Positions 12,752 through 26,015 of a stretch of 64,000 nucleotides of DNA are shown here, piece by piece (the stretch's first letter is position 1; each line of letters starts with the position of its first letter). The notes under the pieces were generated by a model. The model was not told where the DNA came from. It made no database searches and worked only from the letters and a program-made list of their open reading frames with translations. Both the position numbers and the translations under genes were made by a program. Source of the stretch: Felis catus (taxonomy: Eukaryota); assembly GCF_018350175.1 (NCBI RefSeq), contig NC_058368.1, positions 63,552,001 to 63,616,000 on the forward strand, written 5' to 3'.

Positions 12752-14277
12752 TTTTTTGTTTTGTTTTATTTATTTTTTTTTTGTTTTTATAATTTATTGT
12801 CAAGTTAGCTAGCCTCCAGTGTAAACAGTGTATTCTTGGCTTCAGGAGTAGATTCCCATGGTTCATCACTTACGTGTAACACCCAGTGCTCATCCCAACA
12901 AGTACCCTCCTCAAAGACCCTCACCCATTTTCCCTACCCCGCCCCAACCCCTCACCCCCATCAACCTTCAGTTTTTTCTCTGTATTTAAGAGTCTCTTAT
13001 GGTTTCCCTCCCTCTCTGTTTGTAACTTACTTTTCCTTCCCTTCCCCTATGGTCTTTTGTTAAGTTTCTCAAATTCTACATATAAGTGAAAACATATGAT
13101 ATCTATCTTTCTCTGACTGACTTATTTCACTTAGCATAATACCCTCCAGTTCTATCCACATTGTCACAAATGGCAAGATTTCATTCTTTTTCATAGCCAA
13201 GTAGTATTCCGTTGTATATATAAACCACATTTTCTTTATCCATTTATCAGTTGATGGACATTTGGGCTCTTTCCATAATTTGGCTATTGTTGATAGTGCT
13301 GCTCTAAACATTGGGGTACATGTGCCCCTATGAATCAGCACTCCTGTACCCTTTGGATAAATTCCTAGTAGTGCTATTGCTAGATTGTAGGGTAGTTCCA
13401 TTTTTAATTTTTTGAGGAAACTCCACGCTGTTTTCCAGAGTGGCTGTACCAGTTTGCATCCAGGGAATGCAAGAGGGTTCCCTTTCCTCCACATCCTCAC
13501 CAACATCTGTTGTTGCCTGTGTTGTTACTTTTAACCACTCTGACCAGTGTGAGGTGGTATCTCAATGTGGTTTTGATTTGTATTTCCCTAATGATGAGTA
13601 ATGTTGAGCATCTTTTCATGTGTCTGTTAGCTATCTGGATGTCTTCTTTGGAAAAGTGTCTATTTATGTCTTCTGCCCATTTCTTAACTGGATTAATTGT
13701 TTTTTGGGTGGTGCGTTTGGTTAGCTCTTTATAGGTTTTTGATACTAACCCTTTATCTGATATGTCATTTGCAAATATTTTCTCCCATTCTGTTGGTTGT
13801 CTTTTAGTTTTGTTGATTGTTTCCTTTGCTGTGCAGAAGCTTTTCATCTTGATGAAGTCCCAATAGTCCATTTTTGCTTTTATCTCCCTTGCCTTTGGAG
13901 ACATGGCAAGTAAGAAGTTGCTGCATCTGAGGTCAAAGAGGTTGTTGCCTGTGTTCTCCACTACGATTTTGATGGTTTCCTGCCTCACATTTAGGTCTTT
14001 CATCCATTTTGAACTTATTTTTGTATATGGTGTAAGAAAGTGGTCCAGTTTCATTCTTCTGCATGTTGCTGTCCAGTTCTCCCAGTACCATTTGCTAAAG
14101 AGAAAGAGACTATCTTTTTTCCATTGGATATTCTTTCCCGCTTTGTTGAAAATTAGTTGGCCATAGATTTATGGGTCCATTTCTGGGTTCTCTATTCTGT
14201 CTCATTGATCTACGTGTCCATTTTTGTGCCAATATCTTATTGTCTTGATGATTACAGCTTTGTAGTACAGGCTAAAG
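12752..14277 (-). mobile_element. 5'-truncated felid LINE-1 (ORF2 C-terminus, 3'UTR, polyA), non-functional
   Basis: ORFs 13497-14054 and 13069-13506 are consecutive ORF2p C-terminal segments in different frames; TSD taagaggaca(g/a)tg at 12739-12751 and 14278-14290. Confidence 0.97.
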
Positions 14278-14326
14278 TAAGAGGACAATGGCTTTAAATC
14301 AGGTACTTCGGAAGATAAAAACAAAA

Positions 14327-14327
<1 letters not shown>

Positions 14328-14372
<45 letters not shown>
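14328..14372. repeat. (TG)n microsatellite
   Basis: Direct reading. Confidence 0.97.
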
Positions 14373-14374
<2 letters not shown>

Positions 14375-14968
14375 CTTTTAACCTCTTGTCCTCATTATTT
14401 CACAGGAAAATCAAATTTCAATTTTTCTATCTTCTTTCATTTTGTTCCCATTTCCTGGAACATCTTTCTCTTTCTCTTGTATTTGTCCAAGCTATATTTA
14501 TTCTTTAAAGCTCTCACAGGTCCCTTCTCTTCAATGATAACTTTCCTGCTGCATGAAGACTTCTTGGAACCCATTGGCATTCATTACAAAGTTTAACACT
14601 CACTCCTACTCTGTAATTTTCATTCCCATGTCACATGTCAGTCCTGCCTCCACAATTAGTGTATAATTTCCATCAGGGTGGAAATCATATCTCTACCGCT
14701 TCTGTGTAACATGAAACAGAGTGTTTTCTACCTTGCCTGCCACGTCTACTTTAATACTTTTTTGTTTTTCTGTTTGAAATTGTATCAGTGGTAAATGTTA
14801 TATGTTACAAAGCTTCACACATGTTGGCTACCCATAAACATCTAGAGTTATTTTTTTCTAAGAATAATTCTTAATGTAAAATCACACCATAAATAAAACA
14901 TGCTCAAATGAGACAGTTTCAAATAGATACATTTAAGAGATAATAAATCAGAACAAAGCTTTGAGATG

Positions 14969-15064
14969 GTGTCTAGTTTCAAACATACTAAATGCATTTG
15001 AATATAGATCTTTACCGTGTCTAGTTTCAAACATACTAAATGCATTTGAATATAGATCTTTACC
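14969..15064. repeat. Perfect 48-bp tandem duplication
   Basis: gtgtctagtttcaaacatactaaatgcatttgaatatagatctttacc twice (14969-15016, 15017-15064). Confidence 0.97.
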
Positions 15065-15210
15065 AACAAATTGATAGTTCTAAGAAACTTTCTGAGGGAA
15101 GATTTTATTTATCATATATTTCAGGCCAGTATTAGAAGACCTAAAAAACTAAGTTTCTAAAAAGGTTGACTGAGTCCACAAAGGAAAAGAGAAGATTGTA
15201 CACTATTCTT

Positions 15211-15438
15211 TTTTTTTTTTTTTAATTTTTTTTTTCAACGTTTATTTATTTTTGGGACAGAGAGAGACAGAGCATGAACGGGGGAGGGGCAGAGAGAGAG
15301 GGAGACACAGAATCGGAAACAGGCTCCAGGCTCTGAGCCATCAGCCCAGAGCCCGATGCGGGGCTCGAACTCACGGACCGCGAGATCGTGACCTGGCTGA
15401 AGTCGGAAGCTTAACCGACTGCGCCACCCAGGCGCCCC
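15211..15438 (-). mobile_element. Young felid SINEC_Fc
   Basis: CpGs retained, long T tail, 14-bp TSD tgtacactattctt (15197-15210, 15439-15452). Confidence 0.97.
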
Positions 15439-15742
15439 TGTACACTATTCTTAAAATCACAGAAAATTCCTTTAAACATCAGAACTCCTCATGTTGCCTG
15501 AAGATAGGTGTGCCTCAAAATAAGAAAAGCTTAAGTTTCCAAACACAGTTTTCATATTTCTTTACTTAAATGATCTATGAAGCCAGGCTCCATCTTCTTT
15601 CAATGCATCCTCCTCTAAAGCCATCACCACTATAAACATGCCAGTGTTCATTTTAATGTTCTCCAAGCACAGCAACTAGGAATTTTTTTCTCAGATGTCT
15701 CCAAATTTCTAAGGTTCATTTTGCTAGTAAAAAATAAGATTA

Positions 15743-15955
15743 GGGGGACGCCTGAGTGGCTCAGTCTTTTGGGCGTCCAACTTTGGCTCAGGTCATGATC
15801 TTGCGGTTTGTAAGCTCGAGTCCCCTGACAGCTCTGAGCTGTCAACACAGAGCCTGGAGCCTGCTTTAGATTCTGTGTCTCCCTCTCTTTCTGCTCCTCC
15901 CCTGCTTATATACTCTGAAAACTAAACAAACATTAAAAAAAAACTAAAAAATAAT
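15743..15955 (+). mobile_element. CAN-SINE
   Basis: 'ggggacgcctgagtggctcag...ctcaggtcatgatc', A-rich tail. Confidence 0.93.
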
Positions 15956-17159
15956 AATAATAAGGTTAGTGGTTGGAAGTATTATATTTATATGTGGATG
16001 ACACCAGAGAGTTTCAGGGTTGTCTTTTGCCACAGGCATCACAGGTGAGAGCCATGGCCTGTCTTTCCTGGTAGAAATTTCTCCAGAGCTGTGGTAATAT
16101 CCTTGTTGGGATTGTTAAACACCCAAGAAAGACTACTAACTGGATGGATTAACATTCCATGGTTGGACCCGTGCCCTAAGGTTGGGCATCTGAAAGTTTA
16201 AGTCTGCTAAATTGACTGTTTTGCCTCTGTTGTTTAGCTTCAGGCACAAGACATGGACCTCCTCATTCAACAGGCCAAGGAAGGCTGGAAATTTTCCCAC
16301 AAGACCAGCCAGGAGACTCCGAACACTGGTGGGAGCCAAGAGGATACATCAGGGTCCCTGGTCCTGAATGAAGCACCACCAGCACTTGGGAAAGTGCTAC
16401 CAGCCACAACAGTCATTAGAACACTCCCACATGCAAGAGGGCCCTGTAGAGCCATATTCCAGAGTGACAACTACTTTTTAAAATCACTAAAATCTTCTCA
16501 AACTTATAAGCATGTCTTTAAAAATAGGTATAATCTGCTTCACTTACGAAAGATGTATTGTTGTTATTTTCTGATTTCTTCCAATTAAGATTTTCAAACA
16601 GCAAAATTCTATGTGACCCATTAGTGTTTATTAGAAATCCTTCAGTCAGCATACGGTTTTCCAGATACTTATCAATATTTTTTTTCTCGAACGATTTCCA
16701 TCTATTTTCCAAATAGAATTTCCTAAAATGTGAGCCACTATATTTTTGTTGGATGAACAAACCACATTAGTGTAAAACAGAAATCATACATATTGTCTAC
16801 ATATTATTTTAAATATTTTTTTCCTTCGTAGACTTGAAGTTTCTCTCAGCTGTTTATTTTTTGTTCTGTGAGGGTTGGAATTAGTCGGGTATTGCCACTT
16901 TTGAACAGTTGGTGGCTCCAACGCTTTGCAACTGTCTTACAAGTATGGCACCAAAATAAGATCGCTCTCTTTCACTGTTCCATGCAGAATTTGAAAACAA
17001 AAGTGCATTTGAGTAAATGTGGTGCATTTAATCAGAAGCTAAAAGTTATATCAGATATGAATTCAGAAGAAAAGTTTTAATCTTAGCATATGATTCAAAC
17101 TATGTAATAATACAAGTAAATACATAGTAGTATATTCACTAAGTACACTTAAAGCATCA

Positions 17160-17472
17160 AAAGTGTTCCACTAGAAATATAATGTAAGCCATATAGGTAA
17201 TTTAAAAATTTATAGCAGCCGCATTTTTAAAAAGAATAAAAATAAATGGGTGAAATTAATATGAGTAATTTATTTTATTTAATCTGACATATCCATATCA
17301 TTATTTCAACATGTAATTAATATAAAAGTTACTAATGAGATATTTTACGTGCTTTTTTCCCCTTCCACACCGATGTATATTTTATACTTACAGCATATCT
17401 CAATTTCGACTACCATATTTCAAGAGCTCAGTAGCTGCATATGGCTAGTGGCTACTGTATTGATGAGTTGAG
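17160..17472. mobile_element. hAT-Charlie DNA transposon fossil (MER33-like)
   Basis: 'tagaaatataatgtaagccatataggtaatttaaaa...gctcagtagctgcatatggctagtggctactgtattg'. Confidence 0.75.
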
Positions 17473-17939
17473 GTCTAAAGTACCTAAGGGTAGCTCTTCT
17501 ATTCAGATTAGATGCAATCTATGAATATCAGGTGGCAATTAATTTTTGTAAATGAAATTCTGTAAAGAAATTCTTATTTTTGCATTAATTTGGTCCTAAG
17601 ATTGGAGCTTTTTTCCTACAGAAAATCATCCAGGAGACTTACCTTACAATTTTGATGAGATAGGAATGAAGCATATGACTTAGCTAGCAGCATATTAGTT
17701 TGTGTTACTGACAATTTTAGAGACTGCATTAGAAAGGATTTTGAGATTTCTCTAGAGCCATTATTGGTCCCTTAATATTTTAGGTAGATTCTAACATTTA
17801 CCCAATGCTTGACTTTGATTTCTGATTCTCCCCTTCCATTATTTCTAGAATCTAGCTTGCCACATTCTTTTATTTGGCCTTTGCAGTCTCCTCAGACTAC
17901 ATTGTGTTTCCTTTCTCAGGCTGCTGTTAACATTCAGAT

Positions 17940-18150
17940 TGTATAAGAGCATGGCCTCTGGAGTCAAACCCGCTGATTTGAGTCCAGGCTTCACCACTAA
18001 CTGGTCATGTGACCTCGGACCAACCAGATACTCCTTGTGCTTCAGTTGACATCTAAAAACTGCAGAAAATTATAATGCCTGGTTCCTGAATTGTGGTGAA
18101 GATTAAATAAGACACGTCGGTCCTTGGCATCTACCACACAGTAAACATCA
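17940..18150 (+). mobile_element. MIR SINE
   Basis: 'aagagcatggcctctggagtcaaac...ggcttcaccactaactggtcatgtgacctcgg'. Confidence 0.75.
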
Positions 18151-20369
18151 ACTTGCACGTGGCTTAGCTCAATCCTTTGGTCCTGTGAAATGTATTGGTG
18201 TTGTCTCTTATCAACTCTATCATATTTAACAAAATAAAATAACTTGATGGTAGACCTTTATTTTTTTATTGTTGAATGAGGAATTTCATTGGAGATGCTT
18301 CCTATTGACACAGATAACTTAATAAAATAAAGTTGTCTGGTCTTCCTCAGATCACCAGATAGGATCTTCTGAATATTTCACAAGGAAAGTGCTGAGGAAG
18401 CACAGTGACTGAAGGTCATGGCTCTAGACATCATTCTGGAAAATATGGCTTCAAACAAAATACAAATTTTCTTATTTCTCCCCTGTGCTGTTTATTCTTT
18501 ATTAAATAGGATCTATTCTGTTGCTAAGGAAGGCAAAAATTCAACTTTTCAAGTGTAATTGTTCTGTACATCTATGCAACATATCTACTGTGTAATTATG
18601 GTGTGCTAGGTGTTATGGTTGTTACATTGGTTTTGCTTAGGGAAAATGAAGCACTTAAAAAGTTTGAGAACAGTAAATTGGTTCTGGGTCTTGGTGAATA
18701 AACTTGACATACTACTTAAACACACAGAAATTAAACACGCTTTTCAAGGTAGTCAAGAACGTTTATTACTTCCTCAACTGTAAACTGAGGTTTAAAAAAA
18801 TGTAGAACATTTGAAAAAAAAGTCATCTCTGCCATCTGTTGTAGTCCAATCCGGGAATAATGATCTATGGAGGAAAAGGAAACAAAAGCCAGTAAGTTGG
18901 TAACAACTCCAAAAACACCTACTAGAAAAGTATTTGTGTACTGATTAGTATCTTGGATTTTTCAATTGATTAAGTTTTTACCATCTGTGGCCACAGCTGT
19001 TAGATCTATTTCTGGACAGTAAGAATGTGGAATAAGTCAGGAACTAGAAATACATTATAAAACATATCATGTGGCATAATTTAAGATGAAATTGTACATT
19101 AAAAATATGCTGTATTTGTGTTTTAATCCTCTATCCATTAAAATATTCATGAATAGATTATATCCCTACATTCAATAAATATTTATTTTGTGCCTGATGT
19201 GTAGATCTTATAACTAACTTTGTTTTCTTGTACGTTCGGATCTCTTTTGTAGTTAACATGTTCTTTGAAGGGACTGACTTTCACGTTGTAGCTCACAGAG
19301 GTCTGTGCAGGATGGATGGCTATGGAAGCCGCAGCTTGGATTAGGCTGAAGGTGATAAGAATGATGAAGAGAAAAATCCCAGAAAATTTCCGAATGGGGA
19401 ATTGATGATATAATGATTGATTATATGGATGCATATGGATGCTAAAAGAGAAAGGAATCTCAGTGACATAATCCAGTAAGATGATAGTGATTTAGTCTGA
19501 AGTGTTGTGATGAAAGGTAGTGAACCTGGGGCCCCTGGATAAGATGGCTTTCTTTTTCTTAATGACAGATTATTATTTGGAAGAGTGGAAAGCTGATGGA
19601 TTCAGTTCCTGTAGATAGAGGTTTCTAGGGAAGTGAAACAGGCAGGCAGTTAAGGATGAACAGACATACTGTAAGCAGAAAACAGGGCCAAGACATTGTT
19701 TGATGGCAAACATTTTGTTAGGAGCCATAAATAGTTGGCCATAGAGCTTTTCACAACAGAACTCTATAGCCTGGGAGGGCATATTATGTGTGCACATTGA
19801 AAGTTTATTTGATCCATGTTTTCTGCTTCTAATTAAAATCTCATAAGAAAAAACTTTTTTTTTAAGAAAAAACTTTTAACATTAACTGTAAAGGTACACA
19901 TGTTTTTACTGTGCAGACACTGCTACAGCTTTTATTTTGACTTTTACAGATTAACCAGAGAGGTAAATAAGAGTGAAAATATTAAAGTGATTTTTCTTTG
20001 ATGAAATTTTAAAAATTACCAGATTTCATTCTGGGCATCACCAGTTGTGAGAATCAGAAATGTAAAGGAAGGCCTAGAGTTCTATGGCCCAAGTTGATTC
20101 TGTTTCTTTATGCTTCAGTGACAATTAGCCAAAACCAACAAATAATCTCAGCTTTCCATATTTCTACTTGTATTTTACTTAATTTCTTTAAGAGTGTGTG
20201 TGTGTTGTTGTGTAAATATGTGTGCCCTCTTAAATGTTTCCCTCTTAAGACTAGAGCAGCTCGAGTTTCCAACACATGTTACCCGGACTTAAAATAAAAT
20301 ATTCATTTTTAAACTTTCTAACTAATATTCTAATCCAATCACATTCCCTTTGTGCTAAATGCCTTGAAG

Positions 20370-20800
20370 ATACAAAAATATACTCTTCCTTGATTCTGTG
20401 CATAAGAACTCCACTCTAGTGGAGGTGATAAATCCAAACATATGAATTATAATACCCAATAATGAGGTGATAAATGCCATACAAGAGGAGCAAATGATGA
20501 GAATTGAGGGCAGGACTCATAGCTTCTCTACAAGGCAAACTGGTTTCACAGTCAATGAGTATAATAGTCTGAGATATGTTTAGGAATTCAGGTTCTTTGA
20601 CCAAATAGTTTGGTCAAAGACACAAACGTGGGAAAAAGAAGTGATTCCATTTTGCTTGAATGAAGTACTTACAAAAGGGAAAAGTGGGAAATAATTCTAA
20701 AGAGGTAGGCTGGGGGTCAGCTCAAGAAGGACCTCGTATGGTAGGTCAGGTAACGGACAGTGGTGTGTCACTGAGGCATTTGATGAGCAAAATGGGTGTT
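20370..20800 (-). mobile_element. LINE-2 fragment
   Basis: 'ataagaactccactctagtggagg...gataaatgccatacaagagg...gaggtaggctggggg' resembles reverse L2 3' region. Confidence 0.5.
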
Positions 20801-21091
20801 AGGGCAATGATAAGAGCACGGGCAGATCAGACAGACCTGTGTCCAGATCTGGTGCTGCTGCTCGCTGGCTTTGTCATCTCATCAGGTTACTCAACCTCTC
20901 TGAGCCTTGATTATTTTTCCTGGGATTATAACTGTACCTACAAGCTATAATGTGGACTAAATTAACAATGAGGTTAAACATCACAGACTCTGACAAATGG
21001 TGGTAAAAAACTGTTATGCTAATAGAAATGCTAATAACTATAATAATAAGATAGGCTTGGTTTTTGCATTATGTGAAATTATTTTAATTTC

Positions 21092-21308
21092 TTTTTTAAG
21101 AATTTTTTTTTTAATGTTTATTTATTTTTGAGACAGAGACAGAGCACGAGCAGGGGAGGGGCAGAGAGGGAGACACAGAATCCGAAGCAGGCTCCAGGCT
21201 CTGAGCTGTCAGCACAGAGACCGACGCAGGGCTCAAACTCACGAGCTGTGAGATTATGACCTGAGCCGAAGTCGGACGCTCAACCAACTGAGCCCACCCA
21301 GGCACCCC
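21092..21308 (-). mobile_element. CAN-SINE (SINEC_Fc-like)
   Basis: Canonical body and T tail. Confidence 0.95.
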
Positions 21309-21627
21309 AGAAACTAATTTCTGAAGTACCCAACTCATGAGGTAAAACCACCCACTGCCATTCTATTGTAGAACTGGACCCTATTTTCTGTTTTATTACA
21401 AAGATTGCCAATTTTGTTTTGAGTTCTATATATTTTGGTGCTGCTTTTATACAGTTGTAAAATATGAAGGCTAAAAAACTATGTGTATATATTTTTTTAA
21501 ATCTACATAAATAGTGGGAATAAGTGTCTTAATTCGTTTGAACAACTAAAATGTTTTCCAGTTTAAATTTTTTTTGCTTACTGTTTTTCAAGAGGACTTG
21601 TTTAAACCTAGTAACACTTAAAAAAAA

Positions 21628-21839
21628 TTTTTTTTTAAGTTTATTTATTTATTTAGAGAGAGAGCGAGAGAGAGCACAAGTGGGTGACGGGCAGAAAGAA
21701 GGAGAGACAGAATCCTGAGCAGGCTCCACACCATCAGTGCAGAACCTGATGTGGGGCTCGAACTCACTAACTGTGAGATCCCGACCTGAGCTGAGATCGG
21801 GAGTCAGATGCTTAATGGACTGAGTCACCCAGGAGCCTC
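21628..21839 (-). mobile_element. CAN-SINE
   Basis: Canonical body and T tail. Confidence 0.95.
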
Positions 21840-21858
21840 TAAACCCAGTAATATTTTT

Positions 21859-21917
21859 TTTAATATGAAATTTATTGTCAAATTGGTTTCCACACAACAC
21901 CCAGTGCTCATCCCAAC
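21859..21917 (-). mobile_element. Very short 5'-truncated felid L1 3' tail
   Basis: 'aatatgaaatttattgtcaaattggtttccacacaacacccagtgctcatcccaac' shares motifs with the L1 tail at 12790-12900; flanked by aatattttt (21850-21858, 21918-21926). Confidence 0.85.
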
Positions 21918-22161
21918 AATATTTTTAAAAGTATATATATACAATTTCATAGCTGACAGAGATATAACAGGCCAATTTAGCTCAGCACCCCCACCACCCC
22001 TCTGGAGAAACATTTTAGAGGCTTGGCGACTGTTCCAAGGCAACAATATCAAAGATGAAGAGAAATTTTGATCAGATATAGTAGCTGATTATTCTCCCTC
22101 CTAATTATCTTGCTTTGTTTTTAGTAATGTGATTAAAAGTGATTTTCAAAGTTAAGTTTAT

Positions 22162-22201
22162 CACAAAATACTGCAAAGAAACACAAAATACTGCAAAGAA
22201 A
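22162..22201. repeat. Perfect 20-bp tandem duplication
   Basis: cacaaaatactgcaaagaaa twice. Confidence 0.95.
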
Positions 22202-22557
22202 TCTTTCTGAGCATTTTCTGGCCATATAATTAGGGAACGTGGAGACATTTTTTGTACTGAAAGCATTATCCAAATTAGCATACGAACAGCACAAAAAGGT
22301 CAGTTACACATTCTTTGGTCCCTTTGGCCCTTTAAAAATAGTTACTGAAATTCACTTCTTGGACTTCCACCATTCGCTGAGATTGACTTGGTTTTGCCTC
22401 TGCTCCGCTACCTTTCTGACAAGCTGCTGGAGGGGAGGGGGTGCTGAGGCCATGCATACGGGGAGGGGGGGGGTGCAGGGGCGTGGCCATAGGGGAAGCC
22501 ACAGGGGGAAGAGCAAACAGAAGGGCTGAGCACATTTTTAATAATATGAAGGGCCTG

Positions 22558-22636
22558 GTGTGCTTACTTAACTGCTGCCCCAATACTTAGGGGCAGTAAG
22601 TTACTGCACGTTATTGGGGAGTGCAGTAAGGCACAC
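22558..22636. repeat. Nested inverted-repeat (multi-hairpin) element
   Basis: Four complementary segment pairs of 6-9 bp within 79 bp; see findings. Confidence 0.7.
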
Positions 22637-25546
22637 TAATTAATTTGGATATAAAGATTTACATTTTGTAAAAATTTACTGAGCTGCAAAATGAGCAGTC
22701 CTTATAAGCTCCCATGAAATATCTGAGAATCTCTTGTGATGAGGATGTTAGGCAAGTGGTAGCTTTCCTTTCAATGCCTTTTCTTCCACCAAACTTTCTG
22801 TGTACTTCTTTTTCTTCCTCAGATGTTGGGGAGTGTAGTTTTCCTTTTTAGGACAGTGTGGAGTTTTATTTATATAAAATATTTATTTTAAGATTACAAC
22901 AGTAAATTTAGAAAATACTTGATACTCTAAAAAGGAAGTAATAAATTGGAAATAACTAGTTAGTATATTTGTATCATCCCTTTTTGTAGGCAATTTTTAG
23001 TACAGCTGCAAACATATTCTTGATGCATTTTCAATCTTAATTTTTTCGTACAACATTCCTCAAGTTATTTGAAACTTTAAGAGTATAATTTTTATTGACT
23101 ACATGATATACCATCATATTGATGATGTGATATATGGATTGTTTTTATTAGTGCTGTGAGTTAATGAGAGTAACTGCATGAGTCTATGTTGTCTATGCCC
23201 TATGATTCCTAATGTCATTCCCCTAGATACAACAGCTTCTCATGAAAAGATATTTGTACTTTGAAAAGTAAATTGCACTTTGAAATATTCAGAAGGACAT
23301 TTGTTAAGTAATTACACAATGAAATCAACTTGCTTCTTGAGCCTTGTGCTTTGTGAAGTCATGGAAGCCATTGTGCACTTTGATCAGGGCGTTCACACCT
23401 CTTTATGGTCTTTTTTTATGTGCATGTCTATCCTTCGGATTTGTGAATTGTTGGAGGGTAGGGGCTGCATGTGATTCAGCTCTTCCTCCCTAGTTTTATA
23501 CTTGGAACAGAGCCTGGCGTATAGTTGCTCTGATGTTTGAATGAATCAATGAGATGCTTCGGGCCACACTGAGTGTTGATGAAGAAGTCAGTGGGGTTTG
23601 GTCTGAGTGAGTGGTTTAGGTAATGCTGTTTGGATTTTGAAGGAACATTCACTGTGTCAAATGTGTGGACAGGGGAAGTACTGGAGATATAGTATGAATG
23701 TTTGTCCAGTTTCTCTCTATGTAACATCTGAGAAGTGAGAATAAGGAATGGAGAATGCAGGCAATGTATTTTGAATTCTGAAATTTGTAATGTGAACTCT
23801 TCTTCTGGGAAAGGCAAAAGCTAATTAGTGAAAGCCAAGACAGGATTTAAAAACATATGTTATTTTATGATTGTGAACAAATCTTAAAATATTATTGGTG
23901 ATTATTTATATTTATTTGGATTAAAAGCAGGCTCATTGAACCTCTGTATTATTGGTATTTCTCTGCAGAATATTTGTGTTTTCCTCTTCATAAAGACTGA
24001 CAGAGATCATTCTATGTTCAATTTCCATGGTTAGTGTGCCATGGACCAAGTAATCAGTATTTTGATTTGCATAGTACATGTTATGCTCAATAGATATTTG
24101 TCAGCATGAATGGAATGATTTACATTTGAAAGTGAGTAATGAATACTGGTTTAGTTTTAACATTATACTTTTATAAGCATAATTATTTTCCTGGATTCCT
24201 AACCAAGTTTTGTAGTCTTAAGACTAATCCAATGGCTATTAGACCAGTAGACAATGTTACTTAAAGTTGGTGGTTTCATTCTAGTGATCTACTCTCAAAT
24301 TTACGAAGAGCAAATATCAAGCACATTATCATTATTAAATTATCACCAGTCAGGTTTCATAATTGTACTCAAGTGGAAAGAATGGGAATATAAACATCTA
24401 CTTCCATTAGTTTTTCTAATGAGGCAGTATACATCTAAGTCTCCTATTATAACTGGTTAGATTTTTAAGATGCGACACCTAACCTTGCAAACGTTGATTC
24501 AGCACACACTTAGATCCTCTGAACAGTGTGGAGAAGCTTGAGGTTTTCTTAGGGAAACAAAGCTTAACCACAGGATAGCTTAGATAATGATATGTAACTG
24601 ATCAGCAAGTAATCATTGGCACAATAATATGCTATAGGAATCCAGAGGTGGCAAAGAATAATTTGAGTGGTGTGGCTGGAAAAGTCTTCACAAAAAATAA
24701 GAAATGAGCTTTTAAAGAAAGAGAAAGAGAGGAGGTTAAAAGTGATATTCAGTTTAATGCTTTTGAGTAGAAATAAGCAAGGCATATTTTGGGTGGGGGG
24801 AGTGATGGATTTCTTTCCCTCTGGCAGAAACAGAGTAAAGTGTATTCACACTATTGAACTTGCATAAGCATTTTGTGGGAATTACTCTGCATCCCAAACG
24901 AAGAGTTCATTTTTGGAAAATGTTCAGAAATCTGCATTCTAATATTCCACGTTAACATGATGCAGGTATTCCCTGAATTAGACTTGAAGAAACACAGGGG
25001 TACTAATTGCTTTGCCATCAATTAGTAATTTTCCTGAATAGAGTATAGACCTGTTGCAAAGTGATTGATCTGGGCCCAGGATGGAAGATGATTTAGATCA
25101 GGAACAGGGTGTAGGTGATGAGTCTTCTCTGGGAAATAATGCAATCAACTGGTAATTTAATGAGAAAAGGTGGGGCAGTTGGAATGAAAAACATGAATGT
25201 GAGAGATAGGTGGATATATTGGCAAGTCTTGTAATTTATTACATGGAGGCATTAGAAGAGAAAGAGGATACGAAACACTCTGAGCCAGCAAGATGATCTT
25301 TATTAATAAAAAGAACAGACTTCAGGGTCTCGTGTTTGTAAATTTAGTAGGAAAAAATCAGTGCATGAAGAAGAGTGTGAACTGGGGGAGAAGACAAAGT
25401 CCTTTTGATAAAATAGAACTTGAGATGCTGGTAGGGTATCCAGATGAAAAAGCAGAGAGAGGAGGGGGTAGATGAGAGAACAAGGGCTACGCGCACTTAG
25501 CTCGCATGCCCGGATCACTTCCCATTGGTGTGAGAACCACCAGATC

Positions 25547-26015
25547 GTCAGTATTCATTTTCCAAGCACTGCTTTAACCAATTGCCACACTAGCCACAAA
25601 CTCTGTGGCTTACAGCAGGTTTCTTTTTTTTTCTTTTTCTTTTTCTCTCACAGTACAAGAGGCCAGAAGTCTGAAATATGATGTCGGCAGGCTTGGTTTC
25701 TTCTAGAGGCTCTGAGGCAGAAACCATCCTATGCCTCTCTGCTAGCTTCAGGGGCTTGTCAGATCCTTGGCGTTCCTTGGGTTGCAACTGGGTCACTCTA
25801 GTCTCTGCCCCCATGTTCACGCTGCCCTTTTCTCTCTGTGTCATTGTCTCTTATAAGGATGGCCCTCACTGGATATAGGGCTCACCCTAACTCCAAGACA
25901 AGTTCATCTCAAGAGCCTTCGTTAAGGCTTTTTACATCCGCAAAGACCCTATTTTCAAATAAAATCACATTCTGAGGTTCTATAGAGAATTTTAGAGGAC
26001 ACTTCAACCCAGCAC
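25547..26015 (-). mobile_element. MaLR LTR (MLT1B/C-like) inserted in an L2 remnant
   Basis: 'gaggccagaagtctgaaat...tgtcggcaggcttggtttcttctagaggctctgagg...tcacattctgagg...ttcaacccagcaca'. Confidence 0.8.

Noticed and set aside
14969..15064. CRISPR-like repeat array
   Set aside because: Two adjacent copies with no spacer, in a mammalian genome.
16253..16588. 111-aa ORF as a possible retrocopy
   Set aside because: No recognisable protein, polyA tail or TSD.
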